DNA of 63,103 bases, filler included, from Octopus bimaculoides (GCF_001194135.2; 5 parts of 5 records of this genome joined end to end with filler, not necessarily neighbours in it); one strand, 5' to 3'. Numbered from the whole stretch's first letter, positions 49,551 to 61,872 are shown. The notes: generated by a model from the sequence alone, not told the origin. Numbers and translations are program-made.

Positions 49551-49589
49551 ACTCTGTATTTTTCTTCTTTTTCCGTGTGTTCCTTTGCC

Positions 49590-49950
49590 TTTTACTTGTT
49601 TCAGTCATTAGATTGTGGCCATGCTGGGGCACTGGCTTGAAGAATTTTTTAATCGAATGAATCGAACCCAGTATTTTCTTTTTTTTTTACTTTTTTAGCT
49701 TGGTACATGTTCTATCGGTGTTTGTTATCCGAACTATTAAATCGTAAAAAGCCCAACACCAGTCGTCAAACATTACTNNNNNNNNNNATATATATATATA
49801 TACTATGGGATTCTTTCAGTTTCCACTTACAAGGCTTTGGTCGGCCCGAGGTTATAATAGAAGACATCTGCCCAAGATTCCACGCTCTGAGACTGAACCC
49901 GGAACCATGTGGTTGCGAAGCAAACTTCTTACCACACAGTCGTCTGCATC
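49590..49950 (-). mobile_element. SINE family A, degenerate
   Basis: Tail tttacttgtttcagtcattagattgtggccatgctgggg; head caaggctttggtcggcccgagg..ggaaccatgtggttgcgaagcaaac. Confidence 0.85.
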
Positions 49951-51219
49951 TAATGATCTCAATACACAAAGTTTTGTATAGTATTTAATATACCCTTATT
50001 CGTTCTGATCACAGTGAGTTATTTCCCTTAGTTCATTTTCGTTTCATTTACGCAAATTACCTAGTTTTCATATAGGTTTTATTCATTTGCATATGTCTAA
50101 GCGTTTCGTTGTGCTGAAGTAAAGGCTAGAGGCAACTGCTGTGCTGATGGCAGTTATTGAGGAAGGATTATATGTCCACAGCACCTTCTTGTCTCCGATC
50201 ACACAATGAGACGGCTTTTTCCACGCTTAATAACATGGCCATTTTGGAAAATTCTTGAAACGATCGCCCCTTTTCACTAGGATTTGGTCCCAAAAATCGC
50301 TAAGCGATTGTTCACAGATGCCACGTTTATGAGATCTCTATTTTAAGGTCCTTATATTTATTCAACGTTTCGAACGTTTATACAGAAGTGTTGCAGTCGG
50401 CTGGGATTGATATTTCATCATCATCACTAATGCGGGGGGGGGGGTCGTACTTCCAGTCACCACATTCTCATTAATTAGTATTTACAGATCTCTATTATAA
50501 TTGAGTAGCTTCCCAAAATTTTTTCTTAGCTTTTTCATTTATTTTTGTTTTGTTTTACTTTGTTCTCTTTTTTTTTTTTTGCTTTTTTCCCCACCTCTGA
50601 CTCTCTCAGTTCCTATCCGTTCTCACTCTATCACTTCCTTGCACACAGCCTACATACTTCCTAGCACTTCTCCCCCTTTTTTTCTCTCTCTAGCTCGGGA
50701 AATACCTCTCCATCTTGGTCTCTGTTGAATCGATATATTTTACTCTTATTATAGTTACTATTTTCCTCGTAGTTGTTTTTTCAAAAATATAATTTTGATT
50801 TCTGATTTAATGTTTTATTACATTTTTTATCCTGTTCTAAATAACTTTCTTTTTTCCGGTGTAAATTAGCCTCCATTTTGTACTTTACTATTTCCGTATA
50901 TTTATAGATATAAAGGGGTTTTTTTATAGTCATTTTTTATTCACGCTTCCTTATTATACTAATTAGTGCAATTTTCTTTGTCTTTTCCTATTCTATCACA
51001 CCATACTATATATAAAAATAATTAAAAGTTTCCCTTAATAAAATCTATAAATATGCATATAAATATAGATTATCCAATGCAGCGTCAAATATATATGTAT
51101 AGAGTGGGGATTCCATTTTCACCAAACGGGTGCTCAGCCATGTTGATTAAGATATTAGGTGAAACATAGTTCTAGTAAATACTTTATAACTGCTTCAATT
51201 CATTAGTTATATCATAACG

Positions 51220-51444
51220 ATGGCGACAAGCTGGTAGACTCGTTAGAATGCTGGACAAAATGCTTTGCGGCATTTCGTCCGTCTTTACGTTCTGCGTTCA
51301 AATTTCGCCGAGGTCCACTTTGCCTTTCATCCTTTCGGGGTCGATGAAATAAGCACCAGTTGAGCACTGGGGTCGCTGTAATCGACTAGTCCCCCCACCC
51401 CTCACCCAAATTTCAGGCTTTGTTCTTATTGTAGAAATGATTAT
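51220..51444 (+). mobile_element. tRNA-derived SINE family D with 13-bp TSD
   Basis: Co-linear with 44540-44772; TSD ttatatcataacg at 51207-51219 and 51445-51457. Confidence 0.9.
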
Positions 51445-51599
51445 TTATATCATAACGCTTACTCTTCATGGCGTCGCAGCTATCGTGTAACAATGTAGAT
51501 ATTAGGATAGTGAGTTCGATTCGCACTAAGTAGATTTTATTATTTTCTATTTTTTGTTATCCCCATTAGTCTCTTAAGATTAGTCTTTTTTATCTTTTA

Positions 51600-51800
51600 T
51601 TTTTTATTATTTACTTGTTTCAGTCATTGGACTGCGGCCATGCAGAGGCACTGCCTTAAAGAGTTTTAATTCTTAAAATCGACCCCAGTACTTTTTCTAG
51701 AAAATTGGTACTCATTTTATGGGTCTAAGTTACACGAACGTAAACAGACCAGCATCGGTTGTCAAACGATCGGAGTGACAAACACACACACACACATGCA

Positions 51801-51858
<58 letters not shown>

Positions 51859-52040
51859 AGGGAGTATGCGTGTGTGTCTGGGGGGGGGCATACAGTTTTG
51901 CTCTACCAAATTCACTCACAAATTATTGACCGGCCCGAAGCTATAACAAACACCTTTGCCCAAGCTGCCACACAGTGAGATCGAACGTTAAACCACGTGA
52001 TTGCAAAGCAATCTTCTTGACCACACAGCCATGTGTGTGC
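51600..52040 (-). mobile_element. SINE family A, degenerate near full length
   Basis: tttacttgtttcagtcattggactgcggccatgc...cttgaccacacagccatg, with an internal (CA)(GT)(GA) tract. Confidence 0.85.
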
Positions 52041-52176
52041 CTATAGTTTTGGACAATAGCCTTCCTAAGTCGACTAAAATTTCTATTTCTTTTCAGCCCC
52101 AATTAATCTAAGATTTCTTGCGTCAAAGTATTCAATAAATCGCCAATAACTGCTTCATAGAAATCCCTTATTTCTA

Positions 52177-52600
52177 CGAGGTCTAATCAAAAAGAACCGG
52201 GATAGGTGCCATGGTTACGGAGCTTAAGTACGCAGTGAAACCACTTGGCACAGTCTGACTTTGAACTCTGTCACGCATGCGCGCCAAGTTATAGCACTTT
52301 CGCTCTCTTCCATTGTGTTTAGGTGTGCTTAGAAGTAAAGTGTCTACAGCGTGGTCGTCACAAAAAAGAAGATCGGAGTTCAATTGCGAAGGATCTTCGT
52401 GGTTGTATCGAGGAAGAAGAAAACTTTTTGAAAAATATCATAATAGATGAAGTGTCGTGGGTTTATGACATTGACCCCGAAACCATGGCTGAGCCTTTGC
52501 AATGGTCCAGGAGAATGCGACGAGGCAGCTGCTCGCTATACCAAGAAAGGAGTTCAAGGATTATTTCTATCAATCGAAACGACTTTTTGATTCGACCTCG
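52177..52600 (+). mobile_element. Internally deleted mariner / MITE
   Basis: TA-flanked TIRs cgaggtctaatcaaaaag / ctttttgattcgacctcg; relic FLKNIIIDEVSWVYDIDPET corresponds to FLxxIITGDETWVYxYDPET; the 5' UTR resembles that of the 48501 element. Confidence 0.88.
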
Positions 52601-52602
52601 TA

Positions 52603-54001
52603 AATATAGTCTATGTTTCATTTGCTTCGTACCAGTAGCCTATATTTGTTTCACACAGATGGCCTATATTTGCTTCATATCAAAAGACTATATTTGCCTC
52701 ATATTAATAGTCTATGTTTACTTCATATTCATTGCCTATATTTGCTTCATATCAATAACCTATATTTGCTTCTTCTCAATAGCCTATACTTACTTCATAT
52801 CAATAGCCTATATTTGCTTCATATTAATAGCCTATATTCGCTTCATATTAATAGCCTATATTTGCTTCATATTAATAGCCTATATTTGCTTCATACTAAT
52901 AGCCTATATTTGCTCCATATCGATAGTCCATATTTGCTTCATATCAAAAGTCTATATTGGTTTCATATAAATAGCCTATATTTGCTTCATATTAAAAGCC
53001 TATATTTGCTTCATATCAATATTGTGTATTTACTTCACAACAATAGCCTATATTTATTTCATATCAATAGCCTATATTTGTTTCATATCAATAGCCGATA
53101 TTTGCTTCATAGCCTGTACTTGCTTCAAATCGATAGCCTGTATTTGCTACATATTATTAGCCTATACTTACTTCATATCGACAGTCCATATTTGCTTCAT
53201 ATAAATAGCCTGTATTTGCTTCATATCAATATTGTGCATTTACTTCACAACAATAGCCTATATTCATTTCATTTCAAAAGCCTATATTTGCTTCATATCA
53301 ATAGTCTGTATTTGCTTCATATCAATAGTCTGTATTTACTTCATATCAATAGTCTATATTTGTTTCATATCAAAAGCTGATATTTGCTTCATACAAATAA
53401 CCTATATTTATTTCACATGAATAGCCTATATTTGTTTCATAGCCTGTACTTGCTTCAAATCGATAGCCTGCATTTGCTACATATTATTAGCCTGTATTTA
53501 CTTCATATCGATAGTCCATATTTATTTCATATCAATAGTCTGTATTTGCTTCATATCAATAGCCTATATTTATTTCATATCAATAGTCTATATTCGCTTC
53601 ATATCAATAGCCAATATTTGCTTCATACAAATAGCCTATATTTATTTCATATGAATAGCCTAGATTTGTTTCATAGCCTTTATTTGCTTCATATAAATTG
53701 CCTGTACTTGCTCATATCAATGGTCTATATTTACTTCACATAAATAGCCTATATTTACTTCATACCAATAGCCTTTATTTACCTCATATCAATAGCCTGT
53801 ATTTGCTACATATAAATAGCCTATATTTACCTCATACTAATAGCCTGTATTTGCTTCATATCAATAACCTTTATTTGCTTCGTATTCATCAATAACTTAT
53901 ATTTACTTCGTATCAATACCCTATATTTACCTCATATTAACAGTCTATATTTGCTTCATATCAATCGCCTGTATTTACTTCATATCAATAGTCTATATTT
54001 C
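52603..54001 (+). repeat. 24-bp minisatellite (consensus atagcctatatttgcttcatatca), ~58 units
   Basis: Tandem degenerate units over ~1.4 kb; reads as LYLLHINS and IAYICFIS repeats in two + frames. Confidence 0.95.
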
Positions 54002-54540
54002 CTTTCTGTCGTATCTGTAACTGCAAGCTTTACTCACTCTAAGTAGATTTAATATTATTTTATATCTTATTAAAGATTATTCCCTATTAGACCTTTACGT
54101 TTAGTCCTAGACAATAAAGTTCCTTACTCCAAAAATGTTGTCAGATCTCTTCCACTACAGCCCCTTCCACCACTACCACCACAAATATAGGCGGTGAATT
54201 AGCAGAATCGTGAGAGCGGCATTCTTATTGGCTCTCTACAGTCTCAAATCACGCTGTTGTCAATTGTGAATCTCATCCTTAATGGATCGATAAACTAAAG
54301 TAGCAGTTCAGAACTTTAGACTGATGGAGTGCTTCAGATGAGATGCTACGTGGTTTTTTCTTCATCCCATTGCATTTGGAACTTTTGGCTGGCCGACTTA
54401 ATCTGTCACCCGACTTAACGATACCAACAGGTTTTTGAATGCCTTCAAAGGACGTTCATTGCATTATATTCTAAGCATTGGGGTTAGGTTTACGATTTGC
54501 AGACAACTTACATCCTCCCTTCTTCCGTTCCTCTTTCTTT

Positions 54541-55019
54541 CAGAACGTTCTGCTAAGCATGTTAACCGGCGTGCTAACGTTTCTTATTTCTTTATTGCCC
54601 ACAAGGGGCTAAATATAGAGGGGGCAAACAAGGACAGACAAACGGATTAAGTCGATTACATCGACCCCAGTGCGTAACTGGTACTTAATTTATCGACCCC
54701 GAAAGGATGAAAGGCAAAGTCGACCTTGGTGGAATTTGAACTCAGAACGTAACAGCAGACGAAATACCGCTAAGCATTTCGCCCGGCGTNNNNNNNNNNG
54801 CGCGCTAACGTTTCTTATTTCTTTATTGCCCACAAGGGGCTAAACATAGAGGGAACAAACAAGGACAGACAAAGGGGTTAAGTCGATTACATCGACCCCA
54901 GTGCGTAACTGATACTTAATTTATCGACCTTGGTGGAATTTGAACTCAGAACGTAACAGCAGACGAAATACCGCTAAGCATTTCGCCCGGCGTGCTAACG
55001 ATTCTGCCAGCTCGGCGCC
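54541..55019 (-). mobile_element. Head-to-tail multimer of SINE family D
   Basis: On the minus strand a full unit (55019-54815) runs via aaataagaaacgttagc into a second unit (54790-54582) and then a third head fragment. Confidence 0.85.
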
Positions 55020-55400
55020 TTAATGACAATTATAATAACAATTCTTTCTACCTAAGACACAAGGCCTGAGATTGGGGGAGGAGTCTAGTCGATCACATCA
55101 CCCATGTTTCCAAAGGTGAATTATTCAAACCCCAGAGAATTCCTGTCAACACATGGTTATGATGCTCCCCCACTACTTCTGCTCATGATGAGAGATGCAC
55201 ATATCGTCAGCCACCAAGGGACGTGCTCAAATGGTTAAAGTTAAGCAAATGACAGGCAAATCTGTGGTATTGAGCAGAATATTTAAGCAATCAACTCGCA
55301 ACGGATTCATTGACACAGGACGGAAATGAGGCATGGAGACTCAACTAGATATTTGACTCATAACTGGCACTGACTCTGAGTTGGACATTCAATAAAAATG

Positions 55401-55625
55401 CAGTGGAATTCGTTTAGAATTTTTAACTAAAAATTTTTGAAGGCCTAACCGGTTTCACAGATTTCACTGATTTTCAAAAGTTGACATAGACAGACGTGGA
55501 GCTATGCTGCGACTGCCTTGCTTGACGTCGTTCTATCTCAAGTTTTGAAAATCAGAGAATCTGTGAAACCGGTTAAGTCTTTAAGAATTGTAAAATAAAA
55601 AAAATATCTAAACGAATCCAAGTGC
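55401..55625. mobile_element. MITE with ~90-bp terminal inverted repeats
   Basis: tggaattcgtttaga..taaccggtttcacagatt..tgattttcaaaagttgacataga pairs with tctatctcaagttttgaaaatcag..aatctgtgaaaccggtta..tctaaacgaatcca. Confidence 0.8.
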
Positions 55626-55752
55626 ATTTTCAACTTCCGATTTCTATATTTCTATCCGTGTGGAATAAATTAACTTTACTTTGCTTTATATATATATATA
55701 TATATATACATACATACACACACACACATACATTCATACATACATATATACA

Positions 55753-55784
<32 letters not shown>

Positions 55785-55960
55785 AAGGACGTGTTTTCAC
55801 TAAGTTTTCCTCTGCCAATTTCACTCTCCAGACGATAATCAATAATTGTTCTAGGGCTATAGTAGAAGACATTTGCCCAAGGTGCTGCACAATTGAACTG
55901 AACCCAAGACCACGTGACTGCGAAGCGAACTTCTTAACCACTGGGCCAATGCTTACACCA
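55785..55960 (-). mobile_element. SINE family A, degenerate head half
   Basis: ggctatagtagaagacatttgcccaaggtgctgcacaattgaactgaacccaagaccacgtgactgcgaagcgaac. Confidence 0.75.
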
Positions 55961-56003
55961 ACGTGTATTATGTGTGTGTGTGTCTGTGTGTGCGTGCGTT
56001 GTG

Positions 56004-56044
<41 letters not shown>

Positions 56045-56229
56045 GCGTGCGTATGTGTGTGTTTAAACCGTCGGTAGGTGCAAGTATTTAAAACATGAAA
56101 AGCTTTTAATTAAAAATCATTAACTTCTCACGCACTAAATTAGTTATAAAATATAATCAAAAAGATTATAGTATCGATTAGAAGTGCTAGATCACATTAT
56201 AGACATGTGAAATGTATGTAATATAATCT

Positions 56230-56339
<110 letters not shown>

Positions 56340-56696
56340 ATTTGTATGTAATGTAACATGTATATATGTATGTATAAGTGTACGTCATTGAATGTTATGT
56401 ATATAGATATGTGTAATGTATGTTTGAAAGTATGCATATAATATATGCCTCTAGGTGTGTATATATATTTAATGAAATCTAAATAAGGTATATATGTACT
56501 TACGTAATGGGAGTGTCCGCGTGTGCATGTGTCTGCTTCATTTTGTCTGCATGGGTGGGTGTATGTATGCGAGTAGGGGTGTGTATGTGTATGCGCATAT
56601 ATAAAAAGATATTCCTTTTAATTTTTAGACATATACACTTTTTACATACATACACCTCACGGTATGTGTGTGTGTGTGAGAGAGAAAGTGAGAGAG

Positions 56697-56750
<54 letters not shown>

Positions 56751-57021
56751 NNNNNNNNNNNNNNNNNNNNNNNNNNNNNNNNNNNNNNNNNNNNTTAATT
56801 AATTAANNNNNNNNNNNNNNNNNNNNNNNNNNNNNNNNNNNNNNNNNNNNGGAGGGAGACAGACAGGCAGGCAGATTCAGTTAAGAGGTAACTAAATTCG
56901 TTTACTATGAGTACTGAACTCGAGATAGATGGATGAATGGATGGATGGATGGATGGAAAGACAGAAGGACAGAGAAAACAAGGAGATATATAGACAGATA
57001 GACAGAGAGAGATATATAGAG

Positions 57022-57073
<52 letters not shown>

Positions 57074-57826
57074 TCACAAGGAGGAGATAGGCAGATAGAG
57101 AGAAAGGCAGGTACGAAATCTGAAAGACAATACAGAAGAGCTCAAGGGAGACCTATAAGCAAGTAAACAAATAAAGAATTGGATAATAAAATATAAAAAT
57201 TAAGAAAAAATTAAGCAAGAAAGAAAGACAGAAAGAAACGAAGAAAAGAAGGAACGAAAGAGGAAAGAAAAAGATGAAGTAAAACGCTTTCTTTGAGTAT
57301 ACAGCGAACCAAAATTTTTGTGTAGAATAGAGATAGAGGTGGGGACGATGTGTGGTGGATTGGGGATAGTTTTATAGGCCGTGCTGCGGCATTAATATGG
57401 CGGACTGTATGAAAGAAGATCTCTGCATTTGAACTGACGATGTACAATACTGTACTACTTCCGGTTTAACAATCAATGTAAAATGGCCGCTTTGTTGAAA
57501 TATCTAATAAAATATCTTTCGTGTGCACGCACATATACGCATGCACATACATACGCATATACACGACGTATTGTTAAATATACATACATATATATGTATA
57601 TATTTATATATGCTCACATTAGCACACACACACACACTCATATATATATTTATGTGCACACATATATACACGCCTTATTGTTAAATATAAACTCAATCAC
57701 ATATAAATGTGTATATACCTACTCACACAGAAATATACATGCATGCATACATATGTACACGCGTACGTCTATTGTTAAATACGAACACATTCACAAACAT
57801 ATACATATATACGCACATATGTATGC

Positions 57827-57907
<81 letters not shown>

Positions 57908-58030
57908 TGTATGTATGCAAACACGAACATATAATCACGTTTAAATATAAGGAAAAGAATGAGAAAGCAGAGTAGAGAGAGGTGTTGGAGGGGGCGATAT
58001 ACAAAGCGTTTCAGACACATATATACACCC

Positions 58031-58130
58031 AGAAAGACATACGCACGCACACACAGAAACATACGCACACACACATAGAAACATACGCGCACACACATAG
58101 AAACATACGCACACACACACACACACACAC
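58031..58130. repeat. Short ~20-22-bp tandem repeat (cacacacatagaaacatacgc-like)
   Basis: agaaacatacgc recurs three times within CA tracts. Confidence 0.8.
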
Positions 58131-59800
58131 GCAAGCATACGCTCACATATATTTTGTCTGATTCACGCGTTTGCATACACACGCATCGAATTATACAGCA
58201 ATATAATACTCACGGACAGGCATCCACACTCTCATATATATGCGTATATACATATATATATATATATATANNNNNNNNNNNNNNNNNNNNNNNNNNNNNN
58301 NNNNNNNNNNNNNNNNNNNNNNNNNNNNNNNNNNNNNNNNNNNNNNNNNNNNNNNNNNNNNNNNNNNNNNNNNNNNNNNNNNNNNNNNNNNNNNNNNNNN
58401 NNNNNNNNNNNNNNNNNNNNNNNNNNNNNNNNNNNNNNNNNNNNNNNNNNNNNNNNNNNNNNNNNNNNNNNNNNNNNNNNNNNNNNNNNNNNNNNNNNNN
58501 NNNNNNNNNNNNNNNNNNNNNNNNNNNNNNNNNNNNNNNNNNNNNNNNNNNNNNNNNNNNNNNNNNNNNNNNNNNNNNNNNNNNNNNNNNNNNNNNNNNN
58601 NNNNNNNNNNNNNNNNNNNNNNNNNNNNNNNNNNNNNNNNNNNNNNNNNNNNNNNNNNNNNNNNNNNNNNNNNNNNNNNNNNNNNNNNNNNNNNNNNNNN
58701 NNNNNNNNNNNNNNNNNNNNNNNNNNNNNNNNNNNNNNNNNNNNNNNNNNNNNNNNNNNNNNNNNNNNNNNNNNNNNNNNNNNNNNNNNNNNNNNNNNNN
58801 NNNNNNNNNNNNNNNNNNNNNNNNNNNNNNNNNNNNNNNNNNNNNNNNNNNNNNNNNNNNNNNNNNNNNNNNNNNNNNNNNNNNNNNNNNNNNNNNNNNN
58901 NNNNNNNNNNNNNNNNNNNNNNNNNNNNNNNNNNNNNNNNNNNNNNNNNNNNNNNNNNNNNNNNNNNNNNNNNNNNNNNNNNNNNNNNNNNNNNNNNNNN
59001 NNNNNNNNNNNNNNNNNNNNNNNNNNNNNNNNNNNNNNNNNNNNAAGAGTGTGAAATATTTATTTTTTCTACTGCACTCAACGTATCTCACCTCCAAAGA
59101 TTTGACTGCTATTTCTAGCACGCCCTGTTTAAATGTATTAGCTATCTGTGATAAAGGACCCGAAATAGCTGTTACGTGGTAACAGGGCGCGCAAGAAGTA
59201 GCAGCCAAATAGTTTCTTTTCTGGGGAAAGGAGCCGTTTACGCGTGATTTCGATGTCACATTTGTTGAAAGCATGCAAAATAACAAAATTTTAAAAAAAA
59301 ACATGAAACAAAACACAAAACTCCGTTGATGGGAAACTCAGTGTTTCCAGGGAAACTCTAAAATCCGAAAGAAAGTGGTTTGCAAGGGGGGTGGGTGAAT
59401 GCAGTCGAAAAAAACATGTGGAAAAAATTTCACACCGAAGTACGAACGGGTCCTTTACGAAATATTTACCAAAGATCGGGACAGGCATGCGCATAGAAGG
59501 ATCGATGGGACTGATAAATCAAGGCCTGGGCGTCTGTCAGAACAAAGAGAAAGAGAGAAAAGCAGGAGACGTCATGCGCTTAACACCTTTCCTTTGTACG
59601 TGTGTTCAACAACGAGCAACGAGATCTTTTCTACTTTCACTTTGAAGAAAGGTCATAGGCCACCGGCCATTAGGGGCTGAAGAAACGCTGTAAAGCCAAG
59701 TGCTTTATGGACATGAAACCCCGGGTAACACCACAGACCGGCCATAACTACCTTTAGCTAATTACTCTACTGTCCTACATCTTAGAGTGTTCTATAACTT

Positions 59801-59871
59801 AGAGATGGATCGTCAGTAAATCATAAATCCGAAAGAATTCAGATTTAATGATTTACTGACGGTCCATTTCT
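59801..59871 (+). ncRNA. Pre-miRNA-sized hairpin candidate
   Basis: agagatggatcgtcagtaaatcat-aaatc-c-gaa-agaa-ttc-a-gattt-a-atgatttactgacggtccatttct: about 32 paired positions with 2 G.U pairs, one bulge and one mismatch, in unique sequence. Confidence 0.4.
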
Positions 59872-60279
59872 CTCCCAGGGGCAGAGTGTTTTGCAAAGGC
59901 CATGTGGTTTGTTTGGAATAGCTGTCCGGCAGGCTGCGATTCTACATGTTCACAAAAAAAAACACTTAGACTCTCGAGAACATGGAATGATACGACCAAG
60001 GAGTACTCTTAGAAGACCCTTGCAACATCTAACGGGTTGTACTCTAGAATGGAGAGAACTGCCGGACCTGGTCAGCTCTAAACATGATGACGTCCCTGGG
60101 ACCCTTAACCTTGAATCACTCCAGCCCCATCAAGCAAGAAAGCATTGTTCTTGTTCCTGCTAGTCTAAGATATTATGTTTGTTATGGCTGTCATTTTTGT
60201 CTCCATTTTTTGTTATTGTTGCTGTCATCACCGACGAATAATTCTAGTGTAATTGCGGTGAGTTTTTCTTGTTGCTGTT

Positions 60280-60362
60280 GTCATTTTCCAACATTGATGT
60301 TGTTGTTGTTGTTGTCGACATCGTTGTTGTTGTTGTTGTTGTTATTGTTATTGTTGTTGTTT
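60280..60362. repeat. (GTT)n microsatellite
   Basis: Direct reading. Confidence 0.92.
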
Positions 60363-60738
60363 AGCCTGAATTCTCTGTCCTTATTATTCCAAAGAAAGAT
60401 CAAAGATTGTTTTTCCATTTCTAGACGTCCTTTGCTTTCTTCAACAAAACTTCTGTCTTGCACTGTATTATCCAATGTCTACCTCTGTTTCAGAGGACGA
60501 CGTGTGTGCATGTAGACGAGTGTGTAAGCGTGCGTGAATGTGTGAATGTGTGTGTGTGTGTGTGTATGGGTACGTGTGTGTGTGTGAGTGTTTTCTGTAT
60601 ATATTCACAGATATGCACAAAGAAGCACATACGCAGGCATGCGTGTGTGTATATATATATAGAGAGAGAGAGACCTGTACGTATCCATCGATCTCCATAA
60701 TTTTCAAACATAAGTATACATATAAGATATATGTGTGG

Positions 60739-60788
<50 letters not shown>

Positions 60789-61110
60789 ATATATTTCCTG
60801 ACCATATGTATAAACACATGTATACTCATACACACAGGAACACACTTGTATAAATATGTGTCTGTATGTGTGTATGTATAAATGAGTGTATGTATATATA
60901 CATACATGTATACAGAAATGTATATATGTGTATGTATATATATATATATACCTACATATGTACATATATGTATATATATGTGTATATATATATATACCGT
61001 TCTCCTTTATTCTCAATTATAATGAATAATTGTAGGTGTGCATATACATATATGTGTGTGCGTTTGTGTGTGTGTGTATTGTGTGTGTATTTATGCCTAT
61101 GCATGAATGA

Positions 61111-61149
<39 letters not shown>

Positions 61150-61841
61150 NNNNNNNNNNNNNNNNNNNNNNNNNNNNNNNNNNNNNNNNNNNNTTAATTA
61201 ATTAANNNNNNNNNNNNNNNNNNNNNNNNNNNNNNNNNNNNNNNNNNNNACCAAAGAGAAGCAAGCCATAAAAACAATACAAAAAAAAAACAAATCTATG
61301 CACAGGAAAGAAAACACTAATAAAGCAAATTGAAACTCTGTATGCTTTAAAAATAAAAATAAAATAACAATCAATCAATCAATCAATATATATACATATA
61401 TACATATATCTATATCTATATGAACGTGTGTAAATCTATTACCTAATCTGCTAAAAGTATGGCGAGTCATTTCTCCCTATTTTTGCCGCTCATTTAGGCA
61501 AAATATTTCAGACTTTATAAACATAACGTAATCGTAGCTATTTTTGTTTCACTTCACATTTACACAAAACTGATTTTTATATTCATTCTCCTTGGCAAAT
61601 CTTTTGATTTCTTTTTCATCAATTTTTTTTTGTCCTTTCCTTCTTTATTTATTGTTATTGCATGTTTTTATTTCATTCAATTTTACGTTTCATTTTTTTT
61701 TGTTCTTTTCTTCTCTTGTATTTCATTGAATTTTGTTTTTGCTGTTTTGTATTTACATTTTAATATGCTGATACTTTCTTATATATTACCAGCTTTACGT
61801 TTACGTACTTACATGTATACATACATGCCTACATATATACA

Positions 61842-61872
<31 letters not shown>

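Noticed and set aside
52323-52970. 215-aa ORF as a novel fusion protein
   Set aside because: It is a chance read-through from a deleted mariner relic across its TIR into the minisatellite.
52603-54001. CRISPR-like regular repeat array
   Set aside because: Units are contiguous and degenerate with no unique spacers, no cas genes are present, and the context is eukaryotic. It is a minisatellite.
59891-60163. 90-aa + strand ORF as a stand-alone gene
   Set aside because: It starts at a non-ATG codon and has no recognisable homology; kept only as a speculative exon in the findings.
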